Shown here piece by piece: positions 53,201 to 64,000 of a DNA stretch of 64,000 bases (position 1 is its first letter; the number at the start of each line of letters is the position of its first letter). This stretch comes from Nageia nagi. Its lineage: Eukaryota; Plantae; Pinophyta. The position numbers and the translations under genes were made by a program. Location of the stretch: positions 103,726,001-103,790,000 of the forward strand of contig JBITNC010000001.1 in NCBI GenBank assembly GCA_050084985.1, read 5' to 3'. The notes beneath the pieces are model-generated. The model had not been told where the DNA came from and searched no databases. It saw only the letters and a list, made by a program, of their open reading frames with translations.

Positions 53201-55570
53201 GGAACATAGAATAAAGTTACTGACATACTTTCTAGGCCACCTATAACTATAGATTCCATATCATCAATGGAGTATAGTACTAATTTTGGGCTACCAATGG
53301 CATGCAAACAAGGTCTAGTAAGTTCCCTCTCAATGCTAAAATTTCTTCCTTTTATTTTTGATTCATTTTTAGAGGCATATGTGTAGGATTTAGACTTCAA
53401 AGAAGTGTATGAGTAGTTGTCTTCATCTAGGTCCACATATGAGGGTTTGGATGAATTTCATTTGCAAAATAGACTTCTTTATCATTTTAATGCATTATGT
53501 GTCCTTGTAGGTGAAAGGATTGGACTAATTAGAGAAGCACATACTTCAAAGATTGAAAGACATTTTGGGGTTGGAAAGAAATTATACAATTTGCAAAGGT
53601 ATGTATATTAGCCAAAGATACAAGATCAATTTGCTAACTACATAAGGGGGTGTTCCTTGTGTTACCAAGTAATAGGAAATTTAGTTTGTATCAGCCACTT
53701 ACAGTACCTTCAAGTCCATAGGAGTGTATCTCAATGGATTTAATGGGAGGATTGCCTATGACTAAGAAGGGTCATAACTATTTATTTGTTGTTATGGATA
53801 GATTTAGCAATCTGTGTGTTTTGAATCCATATAAAAAGACTATAATAGGATAAGATACTATAAATTTATTCTTTTTCATGTTTGGGTTCATTTTGGATTG
53901 CCTAATTACATTATTTCAATTAGAGATCATATATTTTTGAGCAAGTTTTGGACCTATTTATAAGAAAATATGGATACCAGATTGAAGTGGAGTACAACCT
54001 TTCATTCTCAATTGGATGGACAAACTAAGGTGGTGAATAGGATAGTGGTTCAGCTCTTGAAGGGTTATTGTGGTAAACATCCTATATTATAGGATGAACA
54101 TCTTGAATATATCCAACATGCATAAAATAGGGAAATTCATTCTTCCATTAATAAGAGTCATTTTGAGACTTTTTTTGGTTATTTACCACCTTTACCTTTT
54201 GATTATGTGTTTGGATAGCAAAAGGATGAAGAAGATTCACTTGAGAAAGAGGAAAAGCAAGCTAAAAAATTTGTCAAAAAGATTAGGCAAATTCATTTGA
54301 AATTCTAAGAACAACTTGAGACAAGCCAACCTAAGTACAAGACGAGACATGAAAAATATAGAGTAGACCTTAAGTTTCATGTGGGAGACCATGTTTGGTT
54401 GCATCTTAGTAAGGAGAGGTTACAAAGACCATCCAAGAAGTTGAACCCTATAAGGTATGGACCTTTTGAGATTATGGAGCATGTAAGTGAAAATGCTTTT
54501 AGATTGGATCTTCTAACATATATGAACATCTATTCAATTATGAATGTTGAGTATTTGAAATTGTATGAGGCATCTATGTTGACTAAAGATAAAGCAATTT
54601 CAAATTAGATTTTTCCATCTCTTAATGATTTAGCTCCTAATACTATGGATGAACTCAAGGAGGATTCCATATTGCAAAAGAAGGTTCATGCTACCAGGAG
54701 AGATGAGACAAAGCTGTGGTTGGTTGGATTAAAATGACACAAGCCTACTAAAGCCAAGTGGATGGATAGGTCTAGATTAAGGGAGTTATATCCTAATTTA
54801 TGCATTTTTAGGATCAAATGCTTCCCTATTAGGGAGGTGTGATCCGAATTAGATCATTTTAGGTTATCTTTTCAACAGTAATACTCAATCTAGAGGTATC
54901 TATGCTTGGAGATAGACCAAAGACCAAAATTTGGAGTGATCAATGTTTAATTTTAGGTTGCCAAAAACATGCAAAAAATCTAAATTTAGGCCACCAATGA
55001 TGTGCAATTTGAGTAGTTAGTAGTAGAAATCAAAGGGACATTGATGTCTTGGGCATAGGAATTGTTTACACTTCCATAACCAATATCAAGAAGGTATTTT
55101 TGAGGTGATTTGAGGCTTATTAAATAGCATACTAGTTGCTTGAATTCTTAATGAATGGGAGTTTTGAGAGTTTGTAGATTTTATGATTGTAGGATTTGAA
55201 GGAAGGCTAGGAGTCATTCCAAATTTTTGCAATTTTGAGATTGTATTTTCATTTTGCTATATGAAATTATAGTAATTGTATTAGATTATATTGCCATTAT
55301 GTTGATGGTATTTCTCTATGCATGTAATATTGTAATATCCATAGACAATGAGAAGAGAAGGCTCCAATTCCATGCTAGGTTAGCCCACATTAGGTAAACT
55401 AGGGTAAATCATTATATTGATTTTGTTGTGCATGTTTTTTGAGATTGATAGTTTGTTATTTACATTGTGCAATTTCATGTTTTATATACAAATATATGAT
55501 CTCATAATGGTTAACTATTTTTGTTTGAATCTATAAGTGAGGATCTAAGCATCCTATAAGCATCCAATCA
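50238..55570 (+). mobile_element. Decayed Ty3/gypsy element (gag-PR-RT-RH-IN) with 3' LTR 54840-55570
   Basis: Gag KVDIPTFGG/ALVWWE; [22 protein letters not shown]; RNase H VETDASDY, YDKEMYA; integrase LIREAH..HFGV, RYGPFEI. PPT AGGGAGGTG; LTR TGAT...ATCA. Confidence 0.88.
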
Positions 55571-56678
55571 TTACAGATCTACTAGTGACACCTAAAGGAA
55601 TGCCTAATCATACATCAAAAATAAAGCAATCCATGGATATGAATTGATGTTGAGTGTAGCTTTTGAAATTATCTAAATACACCAACATATGATATGAAAT
55701 GATTGAATAAACTTTTAAGTACAATTAGCAATAAAAGGCTCTTTACCTATAGGAAACAAAGCAATTTAGATTGTTAAGTATGCATACTTAACTCTCAATC
55801 CATAACCATTCACAACTTGAATGATAATATTATCTACAACCCAATAAAGTATAACTCATTAGGATAAGTATGTTGTTTACTATATTGAATGCTTCTAAAA
55901 GAAAAGGTAACAAAAAGAGGAATCAAACCATGTAGAAAAGATAAAACCTAGAAAAAAAAATTATATGCATAAGAATAATAAAGATATCAATAACTACACT
56001 TACTCAATATTTTTGTAGTAACTCTTCAATAAATCTCCTTCATGTTGAGATGCAGTTTGTAGTTGTTCATTTGTAATGTCTAATCCTATTACTTAATATT
56101 GACATTGTAGACCATATTTGAGATATTTGAACATAACTAAAATTGTAGAGCATATATTTAATCATTTGAGTATAATTGTGTAATTATTTATGTGACTACT
56201 ATAATAAACCTATCAAAAAGTGAGAAACTACCTTTTTCATGCTTATAAAATTAGAGGAAAAAGTTACAAGTTGGCCTCATCCACCCTATGTTATGAAATG
56301 ATGCAACTATACTAATCCAAAATTAGTAAGTTGGCAAAACATAAAAAAAAATATGTATTTCCCAAATGTTGTATCTTTCATTAAAATTGTACATCATATT
56401 TGAATAGTTGGAGCATAATTGAAACTATAGAGCATAATCTTCATATCTAAAAACAAGGCCAAAAAGCCAATGTGACCAAAAAATGATAAGTTGACCTCAA
56501 CCACCTTATGTTTTAAAATAATGTAACTATACCAATCATGAAGTGGTAAGTTAGCAAAAGGATTCTTGTAATACTTAGCCAAACATGCTTGTAATTCTTG
56601 TCATATTTAGTCAAACATAAAACAAATATATGGTTCCAAAGTATAGCATGTTATGTTGAATTTATAAATTGTATTTGA

Positions 56679-56681
<3 letters not shown>

Positions 56682-56720
<39 letters not shown>
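56682..56720. repeat. (TA)n microsatellite (others at ~4540-4566, ~7096-7155, ~37370-37411)
   Basis: Direct reading. Confidence 0.95.
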
Positions 56721-56723
<3 letters not shown>

Positions 56724-59700
56724 TAAAATGATTAAACTATACCATATGTTTTGAAATGATTCAATTACACCATATGATATGAAATAATCAAATACAATAC
56801 ATGATATGAAATATTATATGAGATGATCTAAGTATCTTTGAAACTTTATGAAATGAGAGCAACATCAAATTTGCTAAGCCTCCAAAAAATTCAGACCTCC
56901 CATTGAAATATATAAATAAAGCATTTGATATGAAATGGTTTAAATAAAGACATGACATAAACATAAACCATATGGTCTAAAATTAACTCCTAAATTTATT
57001 GTTTAATTATATCCATTTATTACAAAAATAAAGAATGAACATGTGTAGAGATTGAAAAATAACACTTTTGAGTAGATATATTATATTGCATTGATATGTA
57101 TTAAATAATTATTTGATTTACTCCTAATATCTTATTATGCAAAACTAACTTAAAACACAAATAGGAGCAAAGTGGGTATTTGGCCACTTTAAGTTAAGTT
57201 TTCCAAAGAGGTATGTAACTCAATGTGAAATTATGCCCCTAATTCATTTTCTCACTTGCACAATTATGATTTTTTCTCACACATTGATCCAAGATTACAT
57301 TTCTAAGGTTTTGAGATAGGGTTTAAAGGATCAAGGATTTACTCCACAATTCTCTATCAATTATTTCAAAGCTTGGTTCCACACACATGAGGTAACATTA
57401 CTATGCTTATTTTATGGTTAAATTAAATTATTATTACATGTATTTGGTGTATTCAGGGTTTTTTTAGGGATTTGAAGATAGTAGAACCATGGAAGAGTTT
57501 TAGAGGACCTACCTTTGTATCCTCCATAGAAATTGTATGCATGTAGTATGTTGTTAGGCTAAAATCATATTATTTTGTACTTACACCATTGAAATCATTA
57601 TTTGAACTCATAATAGCATAAACATGTTGTAAATATCCATTATATCTAATGGTTATCCTTGGATCAAATTGATCCAAGGATCTTTAAAGGTCTTTTCATT
57701 TTTAAAGCATTTAATATTTTAAGATGGTTAATATGTTAGATCTCATTTTTAACCACCTAAAAATGTAAATATCATCTCCATAGCTCAAATTCACCATACA
57801 AATTGTTCATATATCATATAGACATAAGCATTTGCATAAATAGGCATATATATTTCATTTATTCTTAATGATTTGAGGGCTAGGGGGATCACTTGCCATT
57901 TGGAGTGAGAAAACTAACTTTGTGCTAATTTAGTTGCCTCAAAGGGCCTAATTTGGAGGTCCTTCTACCCATGTTAGAGGAATTTAGGGTTTATTTATGT
58001 TCTTGCAAAGTTTTAGCTCATTATTCATAGATTTGACCATACCTTTATCAAGTTTTCTACCTAATTAAGAAAAGCATAGTTATGTAATTTGATGTTTATA
58101 TATGAATTTGACTTGTTTATGCATGTTAGACCACATATAGTATAAATTTAAACCTAAATTAAATGGTGAACCCAACACAAAATAACAACAACCTTCAAAT
58201 TTGGTATTTTCCTTACCTTTTCCTTTAATTTTCAATTTTTGTTTGTATTTTGAGTTTATTGATTTTCTTATTTTCACCCACCTAAGTGGAAAGAACATGT
58301 AAATCCTATGGAATTTATCATCAATTTTGAGCAATATTTTGACATTATAGTATAAGGAGAGGGATATATTAGATATGAAATTTGGAGCTTTGATCCATTA
58401 TTTTTTTCCAAGATGCAATCCAATTCATGCTTGGCAATAGTTGCATCGCATCTATAAATAGAGGTAGAAAGTTAAAGAGAGGTTTCAAAAAAGTTTCAAA
58501 GCTCATAATGCACTTTAGGCTTGGCATACCACACCCAAAACTCAAATTCTTAGGAACACCACACCCAAGCCTAGACGCACTACACTTAGACCCTAGGCAC
58601 ACTATGCCCTAAAAATAAGGCATTTCAACCTTGGATTTCAATCGTAGGTGCATCATGCCCCTAAATATAGGCCCATTTTCCTTTGAAAAGTTATAGACTA
58701 GATGTAGTTCAAATCACATCTAGAAATAAAGACCACTTTTTCTTAGTCAAATCTTGGTTGATAAGCAATTAAGACTACAGTTAGGACTAGTGTGTCTCAA
58801 CTTTATAATTTTTAGTAAACAAATTATAATACGGTGATGTTTTTAGCTTATCACAACCAAATGTAGTTGTGTAAGGATTTAGGGGATGTATTTACACATG
58901 TGATAGAATGTGCATAAATTGTTGCTTTCATTTTTGTAAGTTATGTTGGTGATTAGCTTAGTTGATTTAAATATCTCTCATTTGGGAGGGACATGTAACT
59001 TACTTAGATTTACACCTTGAGTAGGAGGGAACATTTGAGTTTGGGTAAGACTTTGAATTCCTTTTTGTACTTAGTTCATACTATTTCATTACCTGGTACA
59101 TCCTAGGAATGTCTTCATATTTATGTTGTGTAGTAGTAAAATTGCATTCATCATTGGGGGGTATTGATGTATACACAAAAAAATTTAGTTTGGATTTAAA
59201 ACTTGTGTCTTGAATCAAGGTTTATTTACTTGTTGGGAACTTTCTTGGTCTTTGTTAAGTGCATCAAAAATCATTTTTTTATTTCATTTCACTTGAAAAG
59301 GAAAAAGTTATAAAAAAGAGCATACTTGGGAAGGGATTGCAAACATTCTTGAGCGAGTAGTGTGTATTTCATATTAATTACATCTAATATTTTCTTTTTG
59401 TACTAAAGTCCATCATAATCATAGAGAGTTACTAGGACATTTTGACTTGATTCTCATGACATAACCTATTATCGGAAATGAAAATCAAAGTTGGAGCCCC
59501 CTTTCCATTTGAGATAGCTTCCTATGGAGGATACAAGAGAAACCTTACAAAATGATCTACATCCCTGTAATATTGATCTTTTACCTTACTAAATGCTTGA
59601 TCCCTATAATATTGATCCTTTACCTTAATAAATGTTACATAAAACTAAAATAAGAATAATTTTTGGAGATATCATAATCTTTATGTTTGGTGTTTGTTTC

Positions 59701-61259
59701 ATTATTATTTTGTACTTTCATATCCATTGTAGTCATAGTTTGTAAAACTATTCCATTTTGTAGTTTTGTGAAAATAGAGCTTGATATATTTAAGGATCAT
59801 GTATGGTATAAGGATTCCCTAATGGGAATGGTGAAAAAAATAGTTCAAATAAAAAAGAAGGATGAAATTGAGATAAAAGATGAGCTAACAACTAGCATGG
59901 AGAAGCTTCTCCACAAGTTTTGGAATACTTAGAGATATTTCAACTTGGTCAAATAATTATAATAGTGTCATAATGAAGGATAGTGTGCCTCAAGTAGCTA
60001 TTTTTACATCTCTATTTCCACCCAAACTTGATACAATTATCCAAATAAATATACTTGGTACCAAGAGATGATGGATTAAATGTAAAATAATACTCCTTAA
60101 CCAGCCATCTCACAAAATGATCTGAATCCACCACAAATACCAATTGCACAAAATTTTTGACAAGGTTGGTTTCTACCTTAAGAATGTAAACTATCCACCA
60201 ACCTCGAAATCATATTTAAAACCAATCAACCATCCAAAGAACCTTTAATTATAGAAAATTTACAATCAAATATAGATTTGATCAATTTTAAAAATAATAT
60301 CCAATAGGAATAGAAATCTTTAACTAAAGGTTATCACAAAAAAACCAATAATTTGTCAACCTCCACCCAAGATTGAAGAATAATAATTTCAAAATATAAT
60401 TCCCAACTTCCAAAATATTGTTCAACATAATACAAGTCCACCATTCCAAAGGTAATTGAACTCTAACCAAGCTAATACTTCCTAACACATTGCCTTCCAA
60501 AATTCAATAAATATATAAAAATGAATACCAATAATCTTCAAAATCCAAAAAAAACAAGTGTATTGGAACATAAATTCACAAGGCCAAAATCCTAATGTTA
60601 ACCAACTTAACCAAGCCAATCTTGATGATTGGAATGGCCTTGACCAACCTTGTATGCAATACCAATAAAATGCCCAAAGTGAGTTAAATCAAGGTATGGC
60701 TTATTTTTGAACTCCCCCATTTCATAATACTTCAAATCACAACATGTAAAACCTTTATGGAGCTCACACCTCCACTCAAATTCCACTACAAAATGCTAAC
60801 TAATAGAATCCCAAGCAAGGTTCCTCAACTCTATCCATGAAATAGATGCAACAATTGATTGTACACATGGAAAACCTTATGTGCCAAAAATATATGGCTG
60901 ATGTACATGCAAATCAAGATCATGATATCTTACAATGAAAAAAATAAGGGTAAGTTCAAAATAGGCAACAAAGTTATGGTCTTAATACTTAAGTTCAACT
61001 GCAAAGTGAATAATAGGGTTATAATCAAAATCTTGGGCACAATACACAAGGATAATCTTAGGGACAATAAGGCATATTTTGTAACCCCAATGCACATGCT
61101 TTTTTAGAGGAAAGTAAGGTTGTTTAATAAACTAAAATATAAGATTATGATGGATAAAATCCACCCCATGATGGACCAAAATCACCTTATGGAGTACCCA
61201 ATATGCACAATGAAAGTGAAATTATGAGAAGATTACAAGAACTAGAGGTAAAGACATAC

Positions 61260-61917
61260 TCTAGGATTATCCAAAGTTAGCTATGGGGAGATATGTAATG
61301 AGCCTATAAATCCTTGGATTCCTCTTAGTTCTTACACTAAGAAATTTGAGATTCCCAAAATAGATAAGTTCAAAAGTAAATAGGACCCAAAGGAGCATTT
61401 GAGGTACTTCAAGTATGCTCATTATTTGATTCCAAATGATAATGCTTTATCATTGAGAACTTTTGCTATGACTTGTGGGGGCCAAGCTATGAATTGGTAC
61501 AATGATCTACCATAACATATCTTGTATACATTTGAGCAAATTCTAAACCTCTTTTTTAAACATTTGTCAATCAATATCAAAAGGAGGGCTTCCATTATAG
61601 ATCTAATAAAATTCTATCAATTTGATCAAGAATCCATTTCTAACTATTTTGTAAGATGATAGTATTTGATTACAAATATGAAATTCCCTTTTCCTCAAGA
61701 GGATTTTATGAGATTATTTACCAAATTTTGTAATAAAAAAACCTCTACTTATCTCCAAATACAACAACATAGGACCTTTAAGAAAGTCATTTCTAGAGAA
61801 AAGGTTATAAAGGAAGTAATGGTTCAAAATAGTGAGATCAAGGTGGTAAAGAAAGAGACTAATAATAGTGGTGCTACGAATGGAGGCAAGGTAAAAGTTA
61901 ATCAATTTATATTATAA
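61260..61917 (+). pseudogene. Ty3/gypsy gag remnant preceded by an N/Q-rich region
   Basis: FEIPKIDKF..DPKEHL..F....L.RTFAMT..GQAMNWYNDL. Confidence 0.7.
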
Positions 61918-62070
61918 GCACCACCACCAATTCCAATGCAAAATATTCAACAATCTAATCAAATGAATGTACCAAATCAATCTTATAATCAGAATCAATC
62001 ATAAGGTAGGAATCGAAAATAAGCATAAGGGAAATCTTCTAGGACATAGAGGAAGTTTGAGCCATTGGGA

Positions 62071-64000
62071 TGTAATGCTTCACCTAATACCAACTCCACA
62101 AAATCCTAAAATTTTATATCTTTTTTGTTTTTAATTTAAACACTTGAATGGTCTAGTAATGGACAAGGTGATCAACATGAGCATGGAAACACTGATAGCT
62201 AATCAACACCCACATGGCAAGATTGGTCAGATCAGATAAAATAACCTTAATTAGAAGTATTATGGTATTCATTTCTTAATGCTCACCTCATTTGAATATG
62301 TCATATAGGTGATCCCACCATTTCTATTCATTAACTATACAATAGACATTCTAGTCATGATGTAGTTGTTTCCTACTTGGGGCCCATATTTCCAAAGAGA
62401 ATACTCATCCATAAGTTTATGCATATTTTTTTGATGGTAATCCTCTTATTTATAGGTGTAGATATATTTTCCTATGTAATCCTTGATATGAAATAGATAA
62501 GAATAAACACCTAGTTACTAAACTGCAAGCAGTATCACTACTAGTTACCTTTGCCAAGTAACTGTAGTTTTATCGACTGCTACCCTCATCTGATAACCTA
62601 TCAAGGATATGAGACATTAGCTTGACCAAATCTATTGGTTAGTCTCACCATGATGTTTGACATTCTCATGCCCATATCTTGGAGAGCCATAGATATTAGA
62701 ATAATACCCTAGAGTGGTGTTTTTATTCTAATAAATTTAAAAGCAAGATTATAAAGAAAATCATCCCCACACTAATGTCCCTATAAATATTTGGTCCCAA
62801 ATCATTTATTATATTTTCTAGGTTTCATGCTTGAATCAAGTAGTAGGATATTATTATAATATTATTAAATGCAAATAAATCACCTTTCACATTAATAGTC
62901 ATGTTTGATAAAAAAATAGTAAATTCATCAAAAGTGCATAAGAAATTTCAAACAATCTTTTTCATGAAGCCACCCAAGAATATTTAATAGTACTTTACTA
63001 TAATTGTCCCATATGCATGATGCAATGTAAAGAATGTTATTTTAAAAGTACATCACATGCCATAGTCTAATAACAAGCCATGAGATGTTGCTAAAAGTAG
63101 CCACTTTTATCAAGGAAGTAGGGCATAAAGTATAACATACTCAGGGAATATATTTTGGTTATCATCTTGCGAACTTAAAAAAATAAAGTATTTGAATAAG
63201 ATTTATTTCTATATTAATCTCTTAATTATTTATGAATCCATATTCCTTAGCTCTTAGATAATTAATTTATTTTTATACACATCATATCCTTTTATTAACT
63301 TCTATCTTGGTTTGAGGTCTCCATGCACTTTTATTTTCATTATAGGGTTTTAGTCCCATGATTAGGTTCTCTTGTAAGATCACCTAAAACCCTAATATTT
63401 TATCTAAGCTTAAGCTAAGTACCCAACATTATCATTCTAAGTAACTCACTTCAAAATAACACATGCCTTTGTCATTTTAATCTTTCATGGATGTATATTT
63501 TCTTACTCACAACACCAACATTTATTTATCTTAATGTTTATTGGCATAATGAGATATTTATTATTTTATATCCCCTTATCTTTCATTAATTATAACAAGA
63601 GATTTTCCCCTTCATTATCATATCAACCATGTGTCATAATAGGGTTCCATATTTTATTGTAATCATATTAGGTTAGGTAGTGTAATATTTACTATGTGCT
63701 TCCAAATAGCTAACTTCATATGAGCATACTAGTGTTATTGTTCCATCTTTCATGATATTGTTTATAGTCTTGTAAATTATTTAGATACATTTACAAACAT
63801 TAAATAGGATGAGACAAATCAAACTTGGATCTTGTATTATTACAATTGACTTACATATGCATAATGGATGCTAAGGCTATCTTTATTAATACATAGATTA
63901 GTACTTACATTTGTTTTACAATTGACTATATAATAATGGGTAATAAATTTATTCCATATTTCATGATGATAGCAATACATCAAGACTAGAGTAACCCTAA
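62071..64000 (-). repeat. LTR (same family as 5933-8484, inverted), truncating the gag region
   Basis: Begins TGTAATG. Reverse-complement similarity to ~6500-8484. Confidence 0.65.

Overview
AT-rich, CpG-depleted plant nuclear DNA. The decayed PLS-class PPR fragments and long LTRs suggest a large gymnosperm-type genome (inference). Most of the window is nested, decayed Ty3/gypsy and Ty1/copia retroelements, LTRs, two copies of a ~1 kb TIR element and PPR pseudogene fragments. The centre holds two well-preserved units. (1) A two-exon exostosin/GT47 glycosyltransferase gene (19243-20711, minus) with animal EXT1-like motifs and one 1-nt frameshift. (2) About 470 bp upstream of it, an apparently complete 9.4 kb rolling-circle transposon (21180-30618, minus) inserted at A|T without a TSD. 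This element has canonical Helitron ends (5'-TC...CTAG-3') but encodes a 4-exon, ~1606-aa RepHel with Helentron/Helitron2 (HLE2)-type motifs. It ends in a 158-nt nested hairpin, has a duplicated 5' terminus bracketing a captured actin 3' half, and also carries a class III peroxidase 5' fragment and a TCCGGA-rich repeat array upstream of the RepHel start.
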